Below are positions 1 through 8,380 of a stretch of 24,455 bases of DNA, one piece after another. Origin of the DNA: a virus (Duplodnaviria; Caudoviricetes). The translations under genes were made by a program, and so were the position numbers. Every line of letters begins with the position of its first letter. Position 1 is the first letter of the stretch. Below the pieces are notes generated by a model. That model had not been told where the DNA came from, made no database searches, and saw only the letters and a list, made by a program, of their open reading frames with translations. The stretch is from positions 1 to 24,455 of IMG/VR virus record IMGVR_UViG_3300036909_000037; one strand, 5' to 3'.

Positions 1-339
1 CGCTCTCAAATCCTGTAGTAATATGTTACCTATATTTTTAATCTCATGAGAATCTTCGGATAGACTTTCTTTCATACTTGATGAAATTGCTTCGCTAGAC
101 ATTAATGCTCCGAGATGATCGACTATAGTCTTTTGATTTTCTTTTATTTCGTTCAATGAGGCTATAATAGCACTATACTGTTGATCTTCTAACCTTGTTT
201 GGACAGGACCTACTTTATCCTGCGCGCGCTCTCTTATAAACTGTCTAACGTATAGGCCCATACATACTAGAGCGGCAGTAGTAGCTACTCCATCTTTAGA
301 CATAGAGGTAATTATGTCAGAACTTAGGCCGGCAATCAT
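1..339 (-). CDS. Partial ORF (runs off the window's left edge): membrane-anchored, probably coiled-coil protein, possibly lysis accessory
   Basis: Not in the ORF track. Hand translation from ATG at 339: MIAGLSSDIITSMSKDGVATTAALVCMGLYVRQFIRE...IIASLNEIKENQKTIVDHL..., open to base 1. AAGGA SD upstream; one modest hydrophobic segment followed by a heptad-like helix. Confidence 0.7.
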   Translation of the reverse strand, partial: MIAGLSSDIITSMSKDGVATTAALVCMGLYVRQFIRERAQDKVGPVQTRLEDQQYSAIIASLNEIKENQKTIVDHLGALMSSEAISSSMKESLSEDSHEIKNIGNILLQDLRA

Positions 340-360
340 ATTATTAATCCTTTAACTCTA

Positions 361-1017
361 TTACGAAGGGATTTTAGTCGTTGTTGTAGATGTCTCCGAA
401 AGTTGGAAAGTAGCTAAAGTACTACCATCTGCTACTCTTCTAATCGTCATTACTCTTGGATTCTGCGTTCTGTCTATAACTATGGCTCCTAGATTGCAAT
501 CATGTATGTCAGTTATAAGTCCTTGTAATACAGTTATTAGAGAAGTGGATACTGGATCTACTGGTAAGTTATTAGTTTTTGCTTGAATAGATAAAACTAC
601 AGAAGAATTATTTGGGTTAATTGTGGCTAAGTCTGTTAAGTGTGCTACTGTCGAATCTTTTGCTACTGTAATGTCTTTAGCGACTGTGGAGTTCAGAGCT
701 ACCTGCCCGGTTACATATGTATCTCCTAGTCGTACACGGTCTAGATATCTACCAGTAACTACAACTGTATCAGCTACATATGATACTACTGCAAAGTAAT
801 CTCCATACGCCTGGGCCGAGGAAGTAACCCAAGTGTAGGTATATACTAATACACTTCCTGCAACTAGAGTCATTGTTGCTGGGGTCCCCAGTACAGAAGC
901 TCTTGTAGTTGCATTAACTATTTGAATAGTCGGAATCGTACCAACAGATGGGGTTGTACCATCCATATGAGTAAGAGATAAAATGAAGATGTATGAATCC
1001 CCAGGGTATACTGACAT
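361..1017 (-). CDS. Putative virion structural protein, beta-rich (Ig-like N-terminal domain)
   Basis: Thr/Val/Ser-rich beta-strand pattern (YTYTW...GDYFAVVSY); short tandem TVAKD-x-TVAKD-x-TVAH repeat; lies in the late structural module. Confidence 0.45.
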   Translation of the reverse strand: MSVYPGDSYIFILSLTHMDGTTPSVGTIPTIQIVNATTRASVLGTPATMTLVAGSVLVYTYTWVTSSAQAYGDYFAVVSYVADTVVVTGRYLDRVRLGDTYVTGQVALNSTVAKDITVAKDSTVAHLTDLATINPNNSSVVLSIQAKTNNLPVDPVSTSLITVLQGLITDIHDCNLGAIVIDRTQNPRVMTIRRVADGSTLATFQLSETSTTTTKIPS

Positions 1018-1035
1018 TATTATTCTACCTTTCTT

Positions 1036-1287
1036 TTACTTAACTGTTGGATCAACTGGGGGATTAGTTTTATCTTTTGGTTCCTTAGGAGACCCAGAGT
1101 TTAGAGCCAGTGCTAGTGCAGTATTCCAACCAATGAATCCACCCTTGAGCACATCTCGTAACTCTGGACTTCCGTGGCTAGATTGAAATACATAAATCAT
1201 TGCTCCCAGGAATACAAACTCTAAAACCGCAATAAGTACTATTGTACCTTGTGGAGAAGCTATACTAGGAAATTTAATATTGAACAT
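1036..1287 (-). CDS. Putative holin (small membrane protein)
   Basis: 83 aa with one strong and one weaker hydrophobic segment and a charged Pro/Lys-rich C-terminal tail; starts 2 nt after the endolysin stop. Confidence 0.55.
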   Translation of the reverse strand: MFNIKFPSIASPQGTIVLIAVLEFVFLGAMIYVFQSSHGSPELRDVLKGGFIGWNTALALALNSGSPKEPKDKTNPPVDPTVK

Positions 1288-1289
1288 AG

Positions 1290-1784
1290 TTAATTATCCT
1301 TTCCAATGAAAGTTTGATACTGTGAAACTAAGGTTGCTAAAGACTTTCCACCAGGTTGATTATAATCATTGCCTGGAAAACTGGCCCATATACGAGAGCA
1401 AGCCATAATAGCTTCTGAAACATTTCCCTGCTCAATTAAATGTATGGAATTACATTCTGATATTTGTTTTATAGCTACCGCATCTTGTGATGTGGGGGAA
1501 AAGTCTGGTAAGTGTAACTGAGTCTTGTAAACTTCGAAATAGTGAGCGAGAACCTGATAACGCCCAGCGGCTGTAGAAACGAGCAATGGGTTAGTACGTA
1601 CGGTTACAGTTCCGCCGTGGGCAAAGGGGTGATCACTATAATCGGTGAAAATAGAAGGCCCATGTATTCCTGAGACAATTACATCATATCCATTATTCTT
1701 AGTAATAGAGCTGGTACTTGTGCCCTCTGAAAAAGCAATCAAATCGAGGAATGCTCTTAATTTATTATCTATTGTAATTGACAT
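1290..1784 (-). CDS. Endolysin, lambda R-like lytic transglycosylase (lysozyme-like fold)
   Basis: Family motifs AFLDLIAFSEGT (catalytic Glu), GYDVIV, FTDYSDHP, STAAGRYQ, LPDFSPTSQD and IWASFPG match lambda R-type endolysins. Confidence 0.92.
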   Translation of the reverse strand: MSITIDNKLRAFLDLIAFSEGTSTSSITKNNGYDVIVSGIHGPSIFTDYSDHPFAHGGTVTVRTNPLLVSTAAGRYQVLAHYFEVYKTQLHLPDFSPTSQDAVAIKQISECNSIHLIEQGNVSEAIMACSRIWASFPGNDYNQPGGKSLATLVSQYQTFIGKDN

Positions 1785-1785
1785 T

Positions 1786-2499
1786 TTATGCCGGCCATCC
1801 AGAGATTGTTATTGTAATAGTGTCAGTTGCTACAGTTGCACTAGTCGTTAACCCAGTAGGTATAGTTACTGAGGGATCTCCTAGTATAGAACTTACACTC
1901 AATAGTAGGTCTTCCATACTGAATGATTCAGCAACTATGTTATCCGGAAAAACTAACTTTATAGTTTGAGTTAAATCGGTTCCATTTGGATTAGGAAACA
2001 TTCTGGGAATTATTGCCACGCTTCTTAAATCTAATGCTACATTTGTTGGTGCTAAAGGAGATGTGGGGGGAGGAGTGGATAAATTTAATGTTCCTGTAGT
2101 AAAAGTCCATGTGTAATTAGTAGCTAAAGGAGTATTATCTGCTCCTAATACTGGGTTAGATACAAGGTAAGCACCTGCCCCTATAATAATAACAGTATAT
2201 GTAGTATTAGGAATTAAAACTTCTTTTGGAGTAAAAATTACTATAGTTACTCCTGTGTTATCATTAAAGCTAAATTTTCCAGGTACGTTCTTTTTGCCGG
2301 AAATTGGAGAAGGGTTTTGTGCTATCTCCTCTGTAGGAGTTATAATCATTGTTCCAACAGGAGATATTAAAGCAAAGTTAGACTGGTTAATACTAGAGTG
2401 ATTCATTAACTCACTAAAAGTAACTACTATAGGAGTACCTAATATAACCCCGGTAGAAGACACGTCCGGAGATACTGATCTTATTGTAGGAACTGCCAT
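1786..2499 (-). CDS. Ig-like domain protein (Big_5/SbsA-type), probable virion accessory protein
   Basis: PTIRSVSP...GV..GTPIVVTFSELMN..SI, FTPK..L.PNTTYTV and YTWTFTTG are typical of bacterial Ig-like Big_5 domains. Confidence 0.7.
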   Translation of the reverse strand: MAVPTIRSVSPDVSSTGVILGTPIVVTFSELMNHSSINQSNFALISPVGTMIITPTEEIAQNPSPISGKKNVPGKFSFNDNTGVTIVIFTPKEVLIPNTTYTVIIIGAGAYLVSNPVLGADNTPLATNYTWTFTTGTLNLSTPPPTSPLAPTNVALDLRSVAIIPRMFPNPNGTDLTQTIKLVFPDNIVAESFSMEDLLLSVSSILGDPSVTIPTGLTTSATVATDTITITISGWPA

Positions 2500-2500
2500 A

Positions 2501-2995
2501 TTACCTCTTCAAACTTTCTAGTTTATTCGCCAACTCATTCAGCAAAATATCGGACCCCGCTGCAGTTACTCTATTAGCAAGTAGTGGGCTTGGTTTATCA
2601 GAAAGTTTAGCTGTATCCAATATTAATACTCCACTCTTAGCTATCATATCTTCAAATTCATTTTGTTCAGCCTTATCTTTGGGTATGGCTATCATCATGC
2701 CACCATTCTTGTCTACTGTTATAAATGCGGTCTCACCAGTATCCGAGAACTTTGGTTTCGATTGATTAGCGCCCCCTAAATTAAGTCCGTTGGTATTCTG
2801 ATCTGTTACGTCTATTAATTTCCCTTCTGCCATGGCTCTTTTTATAGAGGCCTGTTGACTTTCCGGAGTCACCATAGCGATAGGTCTATTATAGTTTACC
2901 GAAAATCCCCCACATGTAAATACTTTGGTTGTACGAGTATTCAGTGAAAGGAGTCTTCCTACTAATCCGTAATTTTCGTAGGTTGCTTTTGCCAT
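2501..2995 (-). CDS. Hypothetical protein, head module
   Basis: Clean ORF with GAGGT SD directly downstream of the MCP terminator; no recognised motif. Confidence 0.6.
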   Translation of the reverse strand: MAKATYENYGLVGRLLSLNTRTTKVFTCGGFSVNYNRPIAMVTPESQQASIKRAMAEGKLIDVTDQNTNGLNLGGANQSKPKFSDTGETAFITVDKNGGMMIAIPKDKAEQNEFEDMIAKSGVLILDTAKLSDKPSPLLANRVTAAGSDILLNELANKLESLKR

Positions 2996-3020
2996 TTATT
3001 ATTACCTCTTATGGGTCTCT

Positions 3021-3068
3021 TTTAAAAATACTAAAGGCGAAGACGATATGGTAGCCGTCCCCGCCTTT
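3021..3068 (-). terminator. Probable intrinsic terminator after the major capsid gene
   Basis: Minus-strand RNA AAAGGCGGGGACG-loop-CGUCUUCGCCUUU followed by AGUAUUUUU. The stem needs two G:U pairs that form only on the minus strand. Confidence 0.8.
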
Positions 3069-3096
3069 AAGGTAGTATGCAACTTTAAGTTTTAGT

Positions 3097-4422
3097 TTAT
3101 ACAGCCAGAGGATTGGCTGGGGCCACAGTACTGGAACCAAAGTTCTGTACTCCATCCAGTGTCTGGTATAGAGAACCAGCTTCATTGATGTTCATGTAGC
3201 TGCGGGTAGGTGTAATGAACTCGTTCGGACGAATTGCAATATTCTTTGCTACGCCGATTGCCAATCCTTCATTCAGAATGCCGAATCCATAAGACTCTTC
3301 GATTCCAAGCTCCATAATCTGGTAGCGCAGGTCTTCGAAGTTCTTTACGTGTGCATCTTCCTTAACGATTAGTGCGCCCAAGTTACTAGAGTTGAACATA
3401 ATTATGTTACAAAGTCTATTAATTGGGTCAAAGCTCATGAAGGGAGATACAAGGATCTTGAAAGGAAGTCCTAGGTAGTTAGGCAGTACGGGAGCAGAGG
3501 TCTGTCTTTGTGGCAGCCCACCAACGTTACCGTTTTCACTAGAAGGTTGTAGAACTCCGTTAACATAAGTACCAGACTGACCTTGGCTAAACCCTAATCC
3601 CTGGTTATTCCAGAAAGGATTACCAAGAACAGCAGCGTTGCCTGTGAAGTTGGCGAAGAACGATCCACCACCAGCCTGCATCGCAAACTCTCGGAGGACA
3701 GGATCTTTAACCCACATCAGCCATGCCATAGGATGTACCAGCATTGTGTCAGGAATGTAGCCGTCCATCAAAAGCTGGGCGTACATATCGAACACATCGT
3801 CTACAGTCATAGAACCATTGAACTGTCCTAGAACGTTACGACCAGTGGTAATACCTTTAGAGGGCTGCTCGTTAGAGCTATATGCTCTTCCAGTAGTAGA
3901 GTTGTCAAAGACAACTTGTCCTAGGTTAGTGATGAAATTGAAGATATACTCTTCTTTGTGACGAGCCAGAGCATTACCGGCCATACGTAGCCACATGTTT
4001 AGCCATGGGTAAGCCGACTCTTCGATGAACTTATTGTCAATCTTAAGCATCAAACCATGACGCTTAACATTCATACCATAAGTTGCAGCTCCACCGACGT
4101 TGATAGAAAGAATAGGCAGACCCATTCCGTCTCCAACTTCAGCAGCGATTAAGGGTTCCACAAACGGGAAGACAGTCTGCATACCAGGGACGTAATCAAT
4201 CTTCTGCAATAGATTGGTGCCGATAAGCAGAGGCTCGATTCCTTCCTGGATTACTTGTGTCATAACCCTGGGGATCATAAAGGCAGCATTCTGAATCTCA
4301 AGAGCGTCCTTGATGGTAATGTGCTTTTTTACCTCTGGGTCGAAACCATTTGCACGGATAATACTATCGAAGCGTCTGTATGAGGCGACTTCTTGATCCG
4401 TCATTTGCATTGTTGTTGGCAT
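3097..4422 (-). CDS. Major capsid protein (HK97 fold)
   Basis: 441 aa; position after portal, protease and decoration genes; HK97-like signatures (MIPRVMTQVIQE, KRHGLMLKIDNKFIEES spine, ALARHKEEYIF, PDTMLVHPMAW, YLGLPFKILVSP, EESYGFGIL); AGGAGG SD; followed by a terminator. Confidence 0.88.
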   Translation of the reverse strand: MPTTMQMTDQEVASYRRFDSIIRANGFDPEVKKHITIKDALEIQNAAFMIPRVMTQVIQEGIEPLLIGTNLLQKIDYVPGMQTVFPFVEPLIAAEVGDGMGLPILSINVGGAATYGMNVKRHGLMLKIDNKFIEESAYPWLNMWLRMAGNALARHKEEYIFNFITNLGQVVFDNSTTGRAYSSNEQPSKGITTGRNVLGQFNGSMTVDDVFDMYAQLLMDGYIPDTMLVHPMAWLMWVKDPVLREFAMQAGGGSFFANFTGNAAVLGNPFWNNQGLGFSQGQSGTYVNGVLQPSSENGNVGGLPQRQTSAPVLPNYLGLPFKILVSPFMSFDPINRLCNIIMFNSSNLGALIVKEDAHVKNFEDLRYQIMELGIEESYGFGILNEGLAIGVAKNIAIRPNEFITPTRSYMNINEAGSLYQTLDGVQNFGSSTVAPANPLAV

Positions 4423-4430
4423 GATTACGT

Positions 4431-4443
4431 GCCCTCCTAGGGC
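4431..4443 (-). promoter_or_regulatory. MCP Shine-Dalgarno (AGGAGG, 4438-4433) inside a short hairpin GCCCU-AGG-AGGGC
   Basis: Direct reading: plus strand gccct-cct-agggc is a 5-bp inverted repeat spanning the SD. Confidence 0.55.
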
Positions 4444-4486
4444 GTTTAAGGATCCTCTTATTACTGATGCACGGATCTTTATAATA

Positions 4487-4520
4487 TTTACTACTTTGTT
4501 ACTTTTACTACTTTGTTACT
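4487..4520. repeat. Perfect 17-bp tandem duplication (TTTACTACTTTGTTACT x2)
   Basis: 4487-4503 and 4504-4520 are identical; the unit includes the stop codon of the Com-like gene. Confidence 0.95.
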
Positions 4521-4735
4521 GGTATAAACTCTATTGTTACTTCTATGTCTTGGCCACAGCGCTCACAACGGAAGCAGCCACAAAGCTGATTTAATGAATT
4601 CTTTTTTACAAGCAGTTTGTTACAAGCTAACTCAGGCTGCTTTACTCTTGGGCCTTGACACCTAAGTCCTGATGGAGTAATTGTTGCTTTGCCATTGACT
4701 ATAAAAGTCTGATGTTTAGTTTGTGTCTGAGCCAT
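4508..4735 (-). CDS. Com-like zinc-ribbon protein (resembles the Mu Com translational regulator family)
   Basis: 75 aa with LRC-x11-CNKLL...FRCERCG, matching the RC..CNKLL...KCPRC pattern of Mu Com-type proteins but with a lengthened first knuckle. Confidence 0.65.
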   Translation of the reverse strand: MAQTQTKHQTFIVNGKATITPSGLRCQGPRVKQPELACNKLLVKKNSLNQLCGCFRCERCGQDIEVTIEFIPVTK

Positions 4736-4763
4736 TACTAGGACTTCTCTTGCCTTAAGGTTT

Positions 4764-4796
4764 AGGACTTAGCAGGAATCAAACCTGCTAAGTCCT
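4764..4796. promoter_or_regulatory. Perfect 13-bp hairpin between the decoration and Com-like genes
   Basis: AGGACTTAGCAGG-AATCAAA-CCTGCTAAGTCCT. No U tract follows on the coding (minus) strand, so it is not a typical terminator. Confidence 0.75.
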
Positions 4797-4806
4797 TTAG
4801 AATCAA

Positions 4807-6003
4807 TTAGAACGAGCGGAAAGCCACCGATATAAACGTGCTGTATTCTGGACGAAGTGTAGTACCAGCCAAATAAGCTGTGTTGAAGATGGCGTCTGTA
4901 GTGAGGTTGATTATGAAATCAATACCACTAGTTGCAGAACCACCCATCATTAAGCTGGCCGGATTTGGATCCTTGATGGGTCCTACCAGTCTATTTGGGT
5001 TATACAGAGTACGTACACGGTTTACATAATCCTGAATTGGATATGTATTTTGTACGCCGAGAACTATTCCTACGACTTCTGTTGGATCATTTACGGCCGA
5101 ATCGTAAACTGCAAAGTTACCAGCAGAGAAACCACGAGCTGCTACAACTCTTGCTCCAGGAGCAATTGCTGTCGCACCACTTCCCACTGGACTTGCGCCG
5201 GTTAGGGCTGCTTCTCCAATAAAGTGAGTAAACGAACGACCATAGTTTGACTGGGTGTACTGGGTAAGACCGTCTGTAGTAGCCAAAGACTGCAAGGTAT
5301 TCTCAGCAACTCCGATCCAAGGCAGACGGAGTACCATTTCTGTCGAAACAGCAGTTCCCATCTCATGCATGTAGTTGAGTACTTTGTACTTCAGAGGAGT
5401 TACGCCATCCAAAGTGAACTTGATTCCACCAGAGTTGTTAATTACATTTACTCCACCAATGTACTGGAATACCTGTCGAATAGTAACACCGATTGGACGC
5501 ACAACGCCTTGTGGGAACAGAGTACAAGCCTTTGCTGCTGTAACGTCTCCAGACGTAACGCTATAAGTAGTCCCATCTGGGAATGTAATTACATCACCAC
5601 CCGTACCATCTGAAGGACAGGCTAGTACTGCTACTTCACCTGGGGCCGCAACTGTATTACCAGTAATAGCATTGTAAGCAAATCCAACGTCAGGAGAGCT
5701 ATACTTCAGTGCGCAGTACAGACCGCCGCCGCTCTTTGTTGACTGAGATCCGCAGAACAAACCAGCGGGAACGATAGCGCCGTTTGCGTCTAGTCCTACT
5801 GCTTCCTGAGAAGTCAGTACGACCGAAGCCAGAACAGGATGTGCCTGGTCCTGACGTTTCGTAGGAAGGTAAGGTGCCGGATAAGGAATACTTAGATAGG
5901 GACGTAGAGTCTCTGTGAATTCCAGATCTGGAACGACATGACCCATACGGTCACGACCGAATACATTACCGGTAAAATTATTGTTAAGATCAAAACCTGC
6001 CAT
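4807..6003 (-). CDS. Probable capsid decoration/structural protein
   Basis: 398 aa, Gly/Ala/Thr-rich and beta-rich; lies between protease-scaffold and MCP; GGAG SD; codon usage visibly more GC-rich, like the MCP gene. Confidence 0.55.
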   Translation of the reverse strand: MAGFDLNNNFTGNVFGRDRMGHVVPDLEFTETLRPYLSIPYPAPYLPTKRQDQAHPVLASVVLTSQEAVGLDANGAIVPAGLFCGSQSTKSGGGLYCALKYSSPDVGFAYNAITGNTVAAPGEVAVLACPSDGTGGDVITFPDGTTYSVTSGDVTAAKACTLFPQGVVRPIGVTIRQVFQYIGGVNVINNSGGIKFTLDGVTPLKYKVLNYMHEMGTAVSTEMVLRLPWIGVAENTLQSLATTDGLTQYTQSNYGRSFTHFIGEAALTGASPVGSGATAIAPGARVVAARGFSAGNFAVYDSAVNDPTEVVGIVLGVQNTYPIQDYVNRVRTLYNPNRLVGPIKDPNPASLMMGGSATSGIDFIINLTTDAIFNTAYLAGTTLRPEYSTFISVAFRSF

Positions 6004-6017
6004 TTAAGTCTCCGTTA

Positions 6018-8204
6018 TTAAGCCTTCAACTTAGCTTTTTCATAAGCATCTGTTAGAAGAGCTATCGTCCTTTCTTGACGATATAGGTATTCAGGGGCAA
6101 CTACCACATTCTTAGTATCAGTCATAGCTGTTTGCGTGGTGGATTCTGGTGCTCCAATAGAAGCGTTATCACTTACCTGATGACCAACCTCTAGGGTACT
6201 ATCTTCAGGTGTCTCTATAAACTTAGCCTCTGCTAAAATATCGTTCACAGTATCTTTTAAATACTCAACGTGTCTCTTAGCTAAACTACGTACTTTTTCT
6301 TTACGGGCTTCTGCGTCTAGGTCTACATAACCTTCTTGACCTTTAGTAATTTTATCTACTACTATCTGAGTGGCTAGAGATTTCTTATAAACGTCCAGAA
6401 GACTCTTATTAATTTCTTTCTGCCCGTCTAAAGATTTCTTTACAGCAGCTGCTTCATCAGATAAAGTATTTAAGGCGTCTTCCTTATCTCCCAATTCTTG
6501 TTTGGTAATTGTAAGCATGTCTTTTTCAGCTAATGCTTTAGACATATATGACACATAGTCATCTGCGTACCAATCCTGAGACATAGCAGAGAGCATGCTT
6601 CTCATATCGCTCTTCAATTCTGGCTCTGATTTATCATAGGCTTTATCTAAGGAAGTGAATAATACCAATACTTCCTTTCCTGTATCTTTAAACTTTTCTC
6701 CTGCAAACCCTGTTATCTTATCGCTTACGCTAGAAATAGTATCTTTTTCACTTTTCACTGCACATTTGAGAGTTTTTGCTTTTCCTGATACACAAGATAG
6801 AATTCTTGCTTTAGTGTCTGCACTTACCTTCGCTCGGCCGATAAGTCTTCTTGCCGCTGTTACGTGCGCACAATCTGGTACTGGAAAACTTCTATTGGGT
6901 CCGCAGAAAGTGCCACCTTTTAATTCTTTTCTTTTTGTGGTTGAAAGCTTTGCATCCTCTAGATTAATCCCTTGCTCTTTGGCTACTTCAGCTAGCTCTA
7001 TTTCCAGTTCTGCATATATTCCTTCTTCATCTTGGAAGAAAGCTTTGTCATCTGGGTCTGTAAGGTCTTCTAGATTCCAACCTACTCCACATACCCCGTC
7101 AGGACAACCATCATTAACAGTACCATCAGCATCATCAGTGATAGCCGCTACTACTTCTGGATCTACTGTTTCTACTGTGTCAACATTCTTATTGAGATCC
7201 TTTTTGCGGATCTGAGCATTCAAAGTAGATACCAGGCTGCGCTTTCTAGTTTTTAGCTCATCAGTGTCTGGGTTCCATTCATGTAGGCCCGCTTTCAGAC
7301 TTGATGCTTGCTCAGCGTCTAGAGTTTCTGACTTAATAACAGCAAGTATATCATCAAACTTACCTTCACTAATCAATACATCTAAATTATCCATGTTTCC
7401 CTCGTGATGAGTAATATCATCTGTGAATAAGCTATCAGAGAATGTTAGATTAGAATTCCTCTGACTAGCATTTTGACCTAAGAAGAAGATTTTGTTTAAA
7501 TTATCCTGCAATACTTCTTTGGATATAACTGAAGCAAATGGATCTGCTGGAAAATTAACGAAACTTACCTCGTCATAAGCCTTTGGCCCACAGATTAAGA
7601 ATGCAGTCTTGTCTTCGAACTTTTCTCCAGGAGCATGTTCACATCTATCATCTACCGCCCAATCTTGGTGGCATATGGAACAAATAGCCGAATCAGTTGT
7701 GAATCCTACAGAGACAGTGAGATACTCATCTCTTAATACCTTTTCTATGGCTTCCGGATTGCTAATCTTTAAACCTAATTCTATGTAACCTAATCCAGTG
7801 TATCCCTTTATGGGGGCCAGATTATCTACTATCCAATCTACACTTTCGAACAACCCTACTTTCTTTCCATCTGTTTTATAAAACAAGGAATCTTTTATTG
7901 TTGGGTAGTCGTTAGACCATAAATAGGATTCATCTACGTACTTTGCTTCTATAACTCTTCCTAACACATCACTATTTTCTACATGATTAACAATCACAGG
8001 CTTGCGAGCCATGTTGTCGGGCACCCAAGTATGGCACGCTTTCTGTACGCTATCCGGGCGGTAAAATCTCCAATTCCCGTTTACATAAGCGGCATGAGTA
8101 GCGCGAGTCTTTACTAAAAGTGATTTACTATCTGTAGATTTCTTAGGATACCTAACGTCTGATTTGCTGATCGTTAGGTAATCCTTCATGTGGAGCATTG
8201 GCAT
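6018..8204 (-). CDS. Prohead maturation protease fused to scaffold
   Basis: N-terminal HK97/herpes-type protease motifs (PVIVNH...LGRV, YLTVSVGF with the catalytic Ser, CSICH..W....CEH.PG insert, EVSFVNFPADPFA), then acidic/coiled-coil scaffold with a LSTTKRKEL...FCGPNRSFPVPDCAHVTAARR module. Confidence 0.85.
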   Translation of the reverse strand: MPMLHMKDYLTISKSDVRYPKKSTDSKSLLVKTRATHAAYVNGNWRFYRPDSVQKACHTWVPDNMARKPVIVNHVENSDVLGRVIEAKYVDESYLWSNDYPTIKDSLFYKTDGKKVGLFESVDWIVDNLAPIKGYTGLGYIELGLKISNPEAIEKVLRDEYLTVSVGFTTDSAICSICHQDWAVDDRCEHAPGEKFEDKTAFLICGPKAYDEVSFVNFPADPFASVISKEVLQDNLNKIFFLGQNASQRNSNLTFSDSLFTDDITHHEGNMDNLDVLISEGKFDDILAVIKSETLDAEQASSLKAGLHEWNPDTDELKTRKRSLVSTLNAQIRKKDLNKNVDTVETVDPEVVAAITDDADGTVNDGCPDGVCGVGWNLEDLTDPDDKAFFQDEEGIYAELEIELAEVAKEQGINLEDAKLSTTKRKELKGGTFCGPNRSFPVPDCAHVTAARRLIGRAKVSADTKARILSCVSGKAKTLKCAVKSEKDTISSVSDKITGFAGEKFKDTGKEVLVLFTSLDKAYDKSEPELKSDMRSMLSAMSQDWYADDYVSYMSKALAEKDMLTITKQELGDKEDALNTLSDEAAAVKKSLDGQKEINKSLLDVYKKSLATQIVVDKITKGQEGYVDLDAEARKEKVRSLAKRHVEYLKDTVNDILAEAKFIETPEDSTLEVGHQVSDNASIGAPESTTQTAMTDTKNVVVAPEYLYRQERTIALLTDAYEKAKLKA

Positions 8205-8380
8205 TAGCGTCTCGTTTGTGATGGATCGTATACAAATGGGAGTGGCATAATTCTATTTTGTGGGGGTAGATTAGTCTTCGAAGAGGAAGTCTTTACCAGT
8301 TCCGGGTTCTGGATCGCTTCGCCCAGCGGTATCTTCTTGGTGTTCGTTTGAATATTGATTATTGGGAGTGGTTGTGCCAT
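8204..8380 (-). CDS. Unannotated 58-aa ORF overlapping the portal 3' end
   Basis: GAGG SD 6 nt before ATG at 8380. Translation MAQPLPIINIQTNTKKIPLGEAIQNPELVKTSSSKTNLPPQNRIMPLPFVYDPSQTRR*. Its TAA overlaps the protease ATG (TAATG). Confidence 0.6.
   Translation of the reverse strand: MAQPLPIINIQTNTKKIPLGEAIQNPELVKTSSSKTNLPPQNRIMPLPFVYDPSQTRR

Noticed and set aside
4764-4796. Intrinsic terminator call for the 13-bp hairpin
   Set aside because: No U tract on the coding strand (followed by AAACC); kept as an unexplained structure instead.
6655-7215. 186-aa plus-strand ORF, and the other plus-strand track ORFs between 983 and 21754
   Set aside because: All lie antisense to well-supported minus-strand genes and have shadow-like Ser/Leu/Phe-rich composition with no recognisable motifs.
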